A stretch of DNA of 64,000 nucleotides from Hyphochytrium catenoides (taxonomy: Eukaryota; Protista; Hyphochytriomycota). Below the pieces are notes generated by a model that was given only the letters and a program-made list of their open reading frames with translations, made no database searches and was not told where the DNA came from. Both the position numbers and the translations under genes were made by a program. How positions within the stretch are numbered: position 1 is the stretch's first letter; each line of letters begins with the position of its first letter. Positions 24,126 through 36,400 of this stretch are shown here, piece by piece. Location of the stretch: contig FLMG01003999.1 in assembly GCA_900088475.1 (NCBI GenBank), forward strand, positions 79,694 to 143,693, written 5' to 3'.

Positions 24126-27100
24126 ATGGAGGCAGACTTAGAGCATTCCGTCCTTTTGGACGGGGTTATCGTCAACCGAGTAGAAGGAGGACAGCAAAAT
24201 GATCCGAGATTCCGTCTGCGTATAGTCTCAGTGCTAGAAGGGGGCCATCGTAAGTCATCAAACTATGGTTCCTCTCTCCCGTCACTTGCCGCCACTGACT
24301 ACACTCATTTGAACAGCAAGTTGCCAGCCTGAGCAAGAGATTGATGTCATAGTGCCCTCTGACCCTTCCCTTCTTGGACAATTTAAGACGATGGATGAGC
24401 GAGACAGAGTGGCTGTGTGCGTCAGCTACACGGATGGAGGGTGCAGCTTTACGATGTTACAGCTCCTCTCGACCATAGCAGACGATGCTGTCACAAAGAG
24501 TCCTGTGGAAGAGATGGTTGAAACAAATGCTGGTAGGAGTAGCGAAGAATTTGAGGAGCTCTTCGGTCCTTCACCCCCATTGGAGGCGGCTGCTCCAGAG
24601 CCACCCGCAAATATCTCTCCGCCGTTGAGACGTCCTCTCTCGAGGACCCAGTCAGAGACTAACCCAGCCGGAAGATACGTGGAGTTCCGCAAGGAAGGAA
24701 ATGCGATGGATGTTATTGCCGTGAGAGGCAGAGATGGATCCCTCTGTACAACAAGCTGGCATGTAAGTGAGGTGGTGATATTTCTACTCACTTTTGAGTC
24801 CCTCTGTTACCTCTCTTCTTAATGTCTCACTTTGCCTCCGATCTCCTCTTATGCTCCAGATGGCTCTACCTCTTTATCTTTTGTCCTCACTGACACCAGC
24901 TATTGCAGGTGGCTTTCCCGTATTCACGCTGGAGGTCTGGGTCGGATCAAGGGGTGGGCGACGTCGTCTCTGTCCTTGTTAACGGCATTAAGCTGTCCTC
25001 CAGCATGGTCTTGCAAAAGTATGGCAGGGGAAAGTTTGTTGGAGGCAACCAGAAGCCTCCCGTGTCAGATTTACAGGCCATAGACCTGCATGACGGGGTC
25101 AATATCATAAGATACGAGCACAACTTTGGCCAGAGGATTATACGCTTCGTAGAAGCAAGGTTATTTGTCTGGGGCCCGGATGAAAGCATCGTGGTGACGG
25201 ATGTAGACGGGACTATCACGCCGAACGATCTGGAAGGACATATCCGGACACTGCGCTTGGCACAGTATGATTTTCTGCATGCAGGTTCTAGTGCACTGCT
25301 TGGATTGGCTTCTTCACCTCTTCCAAAGATCACTCCCAATGAGTACTCCACGTGATCTTTCATTCCTTAGTTTTTGGTGCTGCTTGACCCTTGAATCGTT
25401 GTTCACCTATTCAGCTTGATTACCCCTTTTGTCGTTGGAGCCATTGATACCACTGTCTTATGTTTTTATGCTTCTACTTAGACTCCTTGGCCTATGCATG
25501 TGCTTCACAGTGAAGTCGGCTTTCTTTCTGAGTTCAATTTGGGCCTGCTGCCAATTACCTGCAGGAGTTTGCCAACTTTTTGATTCTCTTCGAAAGCTGG
25601 GCCTTCAAATTCTTTATCTCACTGCAAGACCAATAACCTGGGTGGTGAGTTTCTACCTGTCTGCACTGACTCAGCGGTCCTTCCCGCCGTCTTGATAGCA
25701 CGCACGCTTGGCCCTTCTGTCATATTGAGATTTTGGGTTTTCCTCGCTACCTGACATCTAAAGGTCGCCCCAAGCCTTCCGAACTCCTCTGTCAATGCTT
25801 GGGATCTTTTTGCTGTCTGCCAACAAGCCAAGCCTCCTCATGTACTGTTAACTTTCGCATGATTTTTTTTCTCTCCCCCTGAGTCCTTGCGATAGATGCT
25901 CAAAACTCCGTTTCCGTCCCTCTACTGCGGTAGGAGATGACTCGAGACCATCTAGAGAAGGCGCATCAGGGTGGCGTGCAGCTGCCAGTGGGTCCAATAA
26001 TCACCAACCCTGAGGGAGTCTTAGGTGCATTTGCTACTGAAGTGATCAACAGGACCCCCAACATCTTCAAGGCTGCAGTTCTGAATGAAGTGGTAGATTG
26101 CTTCATCAGCGCTGGAAGACGATCGCAGCTTCCCCTATTTGTCTGCGGCTTCGGGAACAGGTAGTAGAAGGGTTGGACAGATAGCAAAGTGCCCGGTCAC
26201 GCCGTAATTCTGAAGATCTCGGTAGCGTTGATAGCTTCCTTAGCAGGGAGATTCACGAGTCCCATTCGTCCTAATTGGTCTTCAGTCAAAGACGTTGTGT
26301 CCATGGCTAGTTCTCTCTTAGGGGCGGACCGTTCTGGCTCTTACCATCCTCTTGCTACTACCTATCACCATAGGCCAACTGATGCAAGGGCATATACTGA
26401 CGCCGGAATACCGTTGGATTGCATCTTCATTATTGATACTTACTCCAATATAAGGCCAGTCAATGGGTAAGTGCAGCCAAGTCCAGCTCTCACTAGAGAT
26501 GTTAACCCTAAGACAGTTCTTTACATTTCCTGCGGCTGGCACCCTAATATCTCTCGTACTGGCTCGCTGAACCATGTAGGCACCCTAGCCTTTGTCTGCT
26601 GTCGTATCACGACCCCAAGCTTCTGATGTTCTTGATTCCCTTCATAAGGGACTTCTTCCCACCCGACGAGCAGCATAAGCTGGATGCATTATTCACCAAG
26701 ATGGTACGGAGTATCATAGCGTTTAGTCCGTCTTTGGGGAGCCCCTTGACGTTCCTCACTATTTGACGGAATTGCAGGCCATAGATGCTGAGAAGGACGA
26801 GCAGAAACGTCGGGAGCAGCTCTTGCTACAGGAGGAACTTATGACCAAAGGTGGTCGGGGCAATAACGTAAGCTAAGGGTTATACTCTTTGGTTTCTCTT
26901 TTCTGGGCTGTCCTCCCAACGCGACGCTTCTCCAGTACTGCATAGAATTAGCCTTCTAACCTGGTTCTTCCATTCGTGACGCTTCTTGGCCTCTTTCAGG
27001 GAAACAACTTGCAGCGTGTACAGGCTCAGTACGTGGACGAGTCCTCAGGGCGATTGGCTAGCCCCGAAGATAGCAAAAAGGTCGCGCAGACGATGATGTC

Positions 27101-27293
27101 CCAAGCAATCCCTACCCAACCACTCTCAAGTACTTCCATTAGCGAAAAGAAAAGCATAGAAGAGCTTAGTGGCCCTTCAGACGAAGAGGGTGATCTCTTT
27201 GGCCCGAGTTCAAGCTCAATTTCCAAAGGTGCCGCTGCTGAGGTGCATCCTACAAGAAAGAGAGAAGAGAGCACCGACTTCAGTCTATTCTGA
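24126..27293 (+). CDS. LPIN: Lipin/Pah1-family phosphatidate phosphatase (N-LIP plus LNS2/HAD C-LIP), multi-exon
   Basis: N-LIP NAMDVIAVRGRDGSLCTTSWHVAF, catalytic IVVTDVDGTIT (DxDxT), ILYLTARP, PNIFK, CGFGNRPTDARAYTDAGIPLDCIFIID. GT-AG introns splice in frame. Confidence 0.88.
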
Positions 27294-27403
27294 AATCTCC
27301 TGTTAAATCTTTATTTATTTACACTGTTGCTATTTAGAAACATTCTCAGCTCAGCTAGGCGGATGAATGCACACACCTCCCACCTAATGTCAGCTTTGAC
27401 AGC

Positions 27404-30400
27404 TCACTTAAGTGACGTCCCACACATCTCGCATTCGGGATTGGATGGTGCATTGAAGAAGGTACACGCGGGACATGAGAGTGTTGGTTCTTCGTCTACA
27501 GCTCCGGAAGATAGAAGCGGAGGAGGACCATCCTCCTCGTCATGCCCCTCGTAATCATTTTGTCCCTCAGTGCTTGCTCTGTCATCTAGATCAAACGCAC
27601 CAGCCGGGTACACTGGAACCGAAGTGCTTGGCTCCTCTGTGTATGCTGTATAGCCTTGCAGCTCATAGCGCCACTGATACGTGTACTGCGAAGGACAAAG
27701 GCCCCAAGGTAGTCTTGGGTCTAGCTTCTCTGCGCGGTAAAGGATCTTCGTCCTTTCAATAGAATAAAGGTGGGAATGAGAGAGTCAGTGCTTGCCGAAA
27801 GCAGAGTCGTAGGAATTCAAGTAGATCCGGAAGTTGTGGTGAGGAGTAGCATGAAAAGAAAAGCTTGTTCAGGGAGAGACGGTTAGAGGCTTGACACAAG
27901 CCCGTATAATTCCGCATGAAGCGCCGTCACCATGCAAGAACAAACATTACTAAACCATCAAACAAGAAAGTGATCCACCATAAATCTGCCTCTTCTGATA
28001 GTCAAGTATAACAAAGGTTTGACGGCTGAACCTCGAAATGCGCTGACTATCTTACGTTTGGGCTGGCACAGTGGTATTAATTTGTTCTTCGGGGACCTTA
28101 AAGTTCGGAGGATCCTCTAGTGAAGCGACGATCTTGACTGTAAAATATAGAGCTACAGGCTGCTTGTTGATCACTTCAAAATCTACGGAAGGGGCGTTGC
28201 CTGCTTCTCCTGAATCTGACAAACGACGAGGCCGTCGGTGAGAATTGTTGCTTAAGTATAAGGTAGACAGTGGGAGCAGGGACAGTGACAACTAGCAACT
28301 ATGGACCTTGGACTCTAACCGATAGGGAAACACGAGGTTGACAAACGATGTGATCGAGGCTCAACAAAAGATAGACGATAGAAGGAGCCAGCTCCCCCTT
28401 CCTTACCAAGCCTCTCAACAACCTGCACTACCACTCCTTCAGGAGCCTCTCTGTGCCTGACAATCTGGAGGTTATCTTCAGCCTCGGGCTGGCACGATGA
28501 TGTCATGTTTTTACTCCTCACTGCAGGAGGGAGCACTGTCCCTTCTCCATACAAAATTGTCTCCACTGCTTCAAGCTTTCGTCCTAGCTCACCAAGAAGT
28601 TCATTGGTGGCCCATATCCTGCTATTATAGCTGTAACCCTGTCCTCTCAAACGTTGCAGAAGATAGAAAATCCAGTCCGTGAAAAATCGGTCATGAGCAG
28701 ATAAAGAGCAGGTGCGTTTCACTCGTTCAGCTACACTTTCGTTGGTCAGGATCAGGTCTAGAAAATTTTGAACGGATGCTACCACTGGTCTCTCCTCCTT
28801 GTATCTATTTGCATACAGTAGCTGATGACACAAGAGAAATGCGGTAGAAGTAGACTTTGTCAGTAAATCACTGCACCTTATAGTTTGAAGATGAAAGCTC
28901 ACGAAATGCGAGGGGATTCCGTGCAAAGAATGGAAAGGCGGGCCTGATAGACTTGGCACACTAAGTCGAGCGCTCTTCCTCACCTCTAGTAGGCCTCGCT
29001 CATTCGCTTCATATAGTGCATAATCAATCCGCTCTTCATAATGGCTGTCCTTTACCTCCAGTACGCGACGTAGTAACAGGCAGTAGGCTTCGGTTTCACT
29101 GTACAGAAGAGAGGCCGCCCCTTGTACAGCACGGTCGACTATCATTCTTGAGAAGCTTCCATTGTTCCAAAGACAATGCTCGACAATTTTATGGAGAGAG
29201 TCCGGCGAGAACTCATGAGCGATGCAGGTCTCGTAGAACTCTTTGCAGTGAAGGCAGAGTAGATCCTCGTCTGAAAGAAGCGATGTAGAACTTCCGTCAT
29301 AGCCAAGGTCCTCTACGCCCATGGTGAGCGGAAGCTGTAGGAAAAGTCATCAGAGATATCGTGTTTATCAGTGAAGTATAGAGTCAGATGGCGTTCATAT
29401 CACTTATATCAGTTGTAAGCAGCAACGAAGGTACGCAAGAACTAGGATAATCCTCCAGACAACCAATAAAAGCAGGCATCGGCAAGGGGTTTCGATATAG
29501 AGACTTAGATCCTGCGCTCAGGAGGCAGCATTACCTTGGTTGGAGCGGAAGGCTTCCCCTTCTCCAAGCTTACGTCGCAGTAAATGACCAGTTCTGCAAG
29601 ACAATCGACGAGGCAGTCCAAACGCGGTCGGAAAGCGGAAGGAGCGAGGCCTTTTGTGCTTCTTTTACTTCCCTTTGCTCCTCCCTGTTGCAGAGGTGAC
29701 TTCTCTCCTAGAATAAAGTCCACTATGACGGCAACCATCCCTTCCGAGAGGAGAATGAGGCATGGCCCCTCACCCATTCTCGCTAATTCTCGAAAGACTT
29801 CCAGGTACTGCACAATCTTATTGGCGCCGCCAAGCAGGCCGTCAACTTTGGAGGAGAGGAAAGACGCATAATAGTGAACAAACTGAGCCACGCGGCTCTT
29901 TTTCCCGGCCTTATCAGAGATCAAACCTCCATTTTCCAACACAAGGCGAACGAGGCGGCTGATTAGGGCCGCCAGTGCCTTGCGAACCACCGCGTCGGGG
30001 CACTGGAAGAGGAGATCACCTAACAACCGAGGGTCTGACATGAAATCGTCAAGAATGGAGAAGGCGATAGGGGGGCGTCTCTCTATCAGTTCCCCCAGTA
30101 ACAGGAGGAGGCGCTCGAGATATGGCTCGTGATTGGTAGAATGCGAGAAAATTTCTAGGGTATAGCTGAGGCCTAGAGCGATGGCACGTGCCAGCTCCTC
30201 CATGGTGAAGGACGTTGATAGAGAAGATGATGCAGACTCCTGACTTCGCTCAAACGAGTCCAGATTGGCGCCCAGAGCTCTAAAGATTTCATACACAAAC
30301 TTATAGAAGTGTGTATGGTAAATGTGTCTGTTGGAGTCAGAGTGAGAGGAAGAGTCTGAGTTTCCATTTATATAGCAGATGCCAAGTGCAAGAAAACGGG

Positions 30401-33400
30401 ACAAGGGATATAAGAGAAACTTGTGCTGAAAGAAGCCATTGCGCTTGTCTGAGATGCACTGCAGGGAAGAGAGCTTGCAGAAGTAGACACGAAAAGAACC
30501 GACTCCCACCAGCACTCATCCATCGGTGCAGCTCTCACCTCTCGAAAAGAAACTTGCTATTGTCCATTAGAACCATACTTTGTACGGGCTTCATTACATC
30601 GGAATCTTCCTCCTTTTTACCTAAGGATTTTCTGAACCTTGATATTGCAGCTGAGACCAGGATAGCGGGGACGGCTGACATTCTTCGACCTAAAGAGGGA
30701 GAATTAGATTGTTGTTCTACCGAAGAACCATAACCAGGACCAGGATTCTTCTTAAGTGAAGGAAAGGGTTGCCGTCTCTTATAGAAGAGGATGTACGCGT
30801 TTCTAATATTGTCCTCCAAATGATGAGCGTCAAAGTCCCAGCTTAGGTTTCTGTCTCTTTCTCTCTGCCTTCCGGGTCCTCCGAAGCACTCTGCTTCTAA
30901 GTCCTTGATATTGAAGGGTGTTACTAGCTGGTCGTCAAATTTCAGCCACATACTCTCAGGAGACGTGGCGGTGCTGGGCTCACTCGGTCTATCTCCTATG
31001 GCTTCTAGATTGTCCAGAGCGGAAGCCTCCGGCTTTCTTATAATCGAGTAGTAATGACCTGAGTTAGCAGTGCCAGAGTGCACTACAACTCCTACCAGTT
31101 CATAAGTAAAGTTACCCCCTTGAGTGCCGTCCCCTCCTTCCTCTCTTTCTTCCAGTCCTAGGGATCCATCGTCTGTGACAGCTACCGCTTCTCTGGCTGC
31201 CAGTCCCTCCTTCGTATACGGCTCCATATCCAAGATCAGAGGGAACTCGAAGCGTGAGTTGACTTTTTCCGTAGTGAAGTCATTATAGTTGATAGCGAAC
31301 CTGTTAAGGTGTAGAATAAGATACTCGCCAAGCCGGGAAAAGCAATTTCTCTGCTTTATATCAATGCCCTTGTGGTGGTCGTCCCAATTGTATCCGGTGA
31401 TAGACGTTGGAGCAACGAACTTCTCCAAAGACGAGTATACATCCTTGCTCTCCTCCACCTTCAAAGAGACACAATAGTACTCTTCTTCTCGTTCTCTCTT
31501 CTCGTTGCCAAACTGCATCTGGTTGGCTATTGTCCCTCCCACTAACGCCTTCACAAAGTCGGGTTGTCCATTCCTCTTAGCGAAGTCCTCCAGCCTGTCA
31601 AAGAGACGGAGAAGAAACTGTTGTGCATCCTGCTGTTGGCTGACGTCCACCGGATTACCATCCCAGTCCTTGTACGTTAAGCAAAAACTAGAACAGTCGT
31701 AGAATTGCCGCTCACTTAGACGCAGGAAGCCAAACATAGTCTGGAGCTACAATAAGACAAAGAGGGTGAGCAAATACATTCTATAAAAAATCACGATTAA
31801 AAGCGAAGACCGTTTGGGGAAATATCTACACATCAGCAACAAAACCTAGAGGCAATAGATCTCACTATATGCTACCTCAGACGAAGGAAAGTGAATACGG
31901 GCATCCACCCTGAAGACAAAGGAGGAAATTAGGGTGGTGGACATAACCCCCCACCATCCAAGCTCTCACAAAGATTGACATGAGTACGAGAAGCTGGCGC
32001 CAAAAATTAATAACTGAAGAATAAATACACTACCTGCGCCACTAGACTATCGTCGCCGTTTTCCTCAGCGTTTGCTTTGGGGACGGCTTGCAGGACTGCC
32101 TCTCTGAAAGCTGGAATCATGAAGCATTGTTGGAGTACGGAGTTCATATAACATGTGTTTCCCAGATTCTTTAGCCCTACGAATCCTGTTTTGCTCTTTT
32201 CTGCAGATGATGGAGAATACGCCCAACTAGTGGGCATTTCCAGCTGCTCCTTCAAGGGCTCCAAGCAGAAGAAAAGCGCCTTGCGAAGATTTTGTATGCT
32301 CTGTTTGCACAAAGTCTGCAGAAGTGTAAATGCCATGTGCCTGCTCACTTCAGAAGTGCAACGAGGGAAAGCCTGGGAAGAAGCCCCTGCTCTAGGAGAA
32401 GCCCCATCAACTTTCGAAAAGAGACAGCGATGGAACAGCTCATCCACCAGAAGTGGTCCTGCTTTGTCGGCTAATGCAGGCCGTTTGGTCACAAGTGTGA
32501 CGAGCAGTTTCATTATTCCGATTTGAACCTCATCCGTGGCAGATGAAGTAGCGCTGGAGAGAGTCGAGTGCGCTCTCAGTCTCTGTACCAGAGAGAAAAG
32601 AAGAGATTCGTCATCAAGGGCTTTCGCCTTGCCACTCTCAGAAAAGCGGGACATCGCTGAGCTATCCGGATCAGAGGGTTGCACATGCGGCTTCCCATCA
32701 CAACTTTCTGGGTGAAGTTTTTGAGAATACTGGCGCTGAAGCTTATCCTCTAAGAGTTTGGACAAAAGATCAAAATACTGCTCATAGGCACGCCTTCTCG
32801 TATCCTTCGCTTCAGGAAGCATCTCCATGAGCAGCCAGAAAAAGAACTCCTTGGGGTGAGGGTCCAGCTCTTGCGTTACCTAAAGATCAAAAGTGTCATG
32901 CCTTTCAGCAGCTGCAAGTCTTTTGACATGTGGATATGTGAGGGATTAAACAATTAGTACAGAAGATAAACTCCAGAGTCACAACCACTCGTGCAGTCCT
33001 AAATAGGAGGAGTACACAGCCCAGATTATAGGGAACGAATTTTCATCTAGCCCAGAAGGTGGTGATTTTTGGTAAGATGTAAAATAGCGGTAGAGTAAAT
33101 AAGAGACGGCAGTGACGCACTTGGCGGAAGAAAACGTATAAAAGGAAGAAGCAGGTGAAACCTCGACCTTTTCGCACACTTGGTGGAGGGCATGTGCAAT
33201 CTCTCTTCTGATCCTGGCGTCTTGCCGGCAAAAAACCATTTTATCCAGAGAGTTAGGAAGACCTTTCAGTCTGTAGAAGTCCATTAGCAGCTCGTTCTTA
33301 TCGAGCACACAGCCCACCCAAAGAGATAGGGCGTTCTCCACCAAGTCCGCCAATTCTGCGGACGCATCTGGTTGCTCCCTGTCCACTGGGCCTAGAAAAA

Positions 33401-36400
33401 GACCCTGTCCGTTACTTACTACGGCAGCAGAACTGGCGTCTCTTGCTATCTCGATCAATCGCTCTTGCAGAGCATGAAAGTCCACTTGATCAATGATGAC
33501 ATTCAGCATCTTGCCGCTGAGCTGCCGTACAAGTAGACGAAAGTCGCGAGAGCCTGGGCCTGCTGCTTGGCTGGCGATGCCTTCAACCGTTGCCAACGAG
33601 GGGTTGTCTTCTACAATACCCCTATCGGTGATCGCGCCTTGATTCAGAGCTGACGGACAAGTGCTTTCCTTAGGTAATGCCTCCGCCTTCTCCTTATCAC
33701 TATCTGGGATGTCCTTGCCTCTATCAGTCGCAACCGTCGACATTTTACTGGGTGAATTTGGCTGAGGTCCGACCAGTGGCTCTGTGGATTGGCTGTTCTG
33801 TCTCACGAGATTGACCGTCTCGATTAGGTCTGGGTGTTGAACGCTTAAGGCGCCTAGAAGGAAGAAACCAACAATCTTGAGAACAAGTGCCAGGCACTTC
33901 TCTTTAAGCATCTGTACAGGAGTTAAGCCAGGACCACTAGGAGAGGCGGCACTTGCGGGAAGGGTTATGCCTATTGCAATATTAGTTTCCTTGTTTGCCC
34001 CTGCCACTGTACCGGCAGAAGGTGACGATGCTGGAGTTGAGTTGGCAGAGCCAACGATGGGCCCAGAAAGACCGCCGGTGCGCGACATCAGGATATTATA
34101 AAGATGATGGAAACCTCCGGATAGGAGGAACATTTTCCTCCAGTGCGCCCTTTCCTCCGTTTCCTTTGCGGTCTCGTCAGTGTCCCACGTCTCCACCCAA
34201 CTTTCGACAATCTGCAGTGAGTAGAAGAGCTTGAATATTGAGGTACTATCTAGAAGCAAGTTCCAATCAGCATCCGGGCTTCGAACAAGGTCCAACTTCC
34301 ATAGGTTGGTTTGCACGTCTGGGTTTGTTGGCAGGCGCATCAGCAAACTCCATACTCTCTCTGGAATTTTTGGGTGACAAAGATCCACCAAATGGACCAG
34401 AACATGGAAGTATCGTGCGTTGGTACTAATAATGTATCGGGGAAGAGCGGCCTGCGCCTTCGTGTCTGGCTTTTCGCTGTCCACTTGGAGCTTCATCAGA
34501 TCTTGTCCATAGCCATGCGCCCTTAAGTTATTCCTCACGACGACCTCATTATTTTTGGAAGAAAATCGGTAAAGTTCTAAGAAGTTTTCAAGCGTCATCC
34601 TGCCATCCTTGTCATCGTCATACTGTGTGAAGAAGTTGGTCACTCTGGAGTCGTCCGGTCTGCAGTTATCATGAAGGCAGCTGTCTATGAAGCGCGCTGC
34701 ACCTTCTCGATCCATGTAGCCGTCCACCGAAAAGCGCTGAAACCATTCCGTGAATATTTTACGTGCTTGGGCTACCAGTTCCCCTTCCGCTGTGAGCAGA
34801 GCGGCCTTCGGAGTTTCCGGTTCCGGCACAGGGAAGACATGTAGCGTTTCTCCGTTTTTTATATTGAGCTCTATGAGGGTCTTCGTATTGTGCACGTCTT
34901 CAACCTTCTTACCGTTATGCCTGCCGATACCAACAATATGGGAGGCAACATTTACTCTTTGGCCTAGCCTCATTCTCAACTCCCAGATGGTAGTGTTCCC
35001 GTTCACCTCTAGCTCAAATTTCCTTGGCGCACGAATGCGATCAATGTCGTTGACAATCTTAATTGTCCGCCGACCGCCTCGAATCCGAGCAGAATGGGCC
35101 TTTAAACCCGCATTGCCTTTGACCTCTGACTGGTCCAGCAAGGTCTCCAGCAGAGAGATGGCTCTATCTATGGATTGGTATTCTCCACTCTCAAGCGATT
35201 GCTCGATCTCGTCCATACAGCGCGCAATGTACTGTGATCGCACCTCGCCCAATTGGCTTTGAAGCTCTGCCGGAAGGCTCTGATAGAGCTTGTTTAACAA
35301 GTCGATGGCTTCATTCACCACTTCTACGTCCACCGTCACAAACGCAACGCGCCAAATACTATCTAGTCCAATATGTTCTCGAGGAAGGCGAAGAAGGTGA
35401 AGGTCGGGAGACAAGGATGAAGGGGGACTCTTCTCCAACATGATATAGTCACTCCTCCTCTGGTCCCTGGTGGTGGCCACAGACGTTAGATTGCCCTTTT
35501 GCTCGTTGACCAGGAGGAAGAAGGCACGAAGACAGTGGAAGAAGTATGCGTTGATTTCTTTCAGGTTCAGGGATGGGTTCGCTAACCGCTTGGTAAAGAA
35601 CTCCTCCGGTACGTCCGCATCGAAAATAGAACTTCCTTGGGTCTGAGAAAGGGCGAGGTCCTCCAGCCATCGCAATATGACGCTTCTCTCCTCAGAAAGC
35701 TTTGCTTCCTCGTAGAAAGCCTGCCACAGTCTTTGTATCTGCTCCACCGTGAATCGCCGAGACGACTTGACAATGAGAAACTTCAGCATGGAGAGGCGTA
35801 TTGTCAGCTGGTCCACATAGGGTATCCGACCCAGCACCCCGATGTTGCTAACAGGGTGAGACAAGTCCTGGCTCGTCTTGGAATAATTTGGTGTTGGAGG
35901 CCGTCCTCCTCTCTTTGCAGGGCTTCTAGAAGCCTCCTTGGCCGTAATCCTATACAAGAGGAGCTCCCCTGATGAAATAGGAGGGTGAGGAGACGAACTC
36001 GTGACCCCAATAATAGGTGGGCGAGAGAACTAGTCGGCATACGCAATATTTAGTCCCGCACGGCGAACACCTGGTAGCACGGACTGCCAGCTATGGCTGC
36101 ACCATCCTACGTACCTAAAATAACTTCTATCATGTTGAACTGAGCACAGAGGTTTTCCACCACCTCTCCCTGAGTAGTAGGGCTGAGGTGTCGGAGTGTC
36201 GGAGGGAAGGTTTCAATGAGATTCCGCATCATCAGGAGGTTCTGTGCGACATTACGACCTGCGGCAACGAAGTCCCGAAAAACGGAATGAATGAAGGAGG
36301 AGAAGTTAATAATTAATGGTAACTACGAAGGATCAAAAGAGCCGAGGAGGGAGAACTGGAAATGATACCTTTTTCAAGATTGCTTAGGCAGCGGTGAATC

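Noticed and set aside
29584-35972. Numerous + strand ORFs antisense to the USP (and similar ones opposite TPSP, lipin and BED)
   Set aside because: Shadow ORFs of long coding exons.
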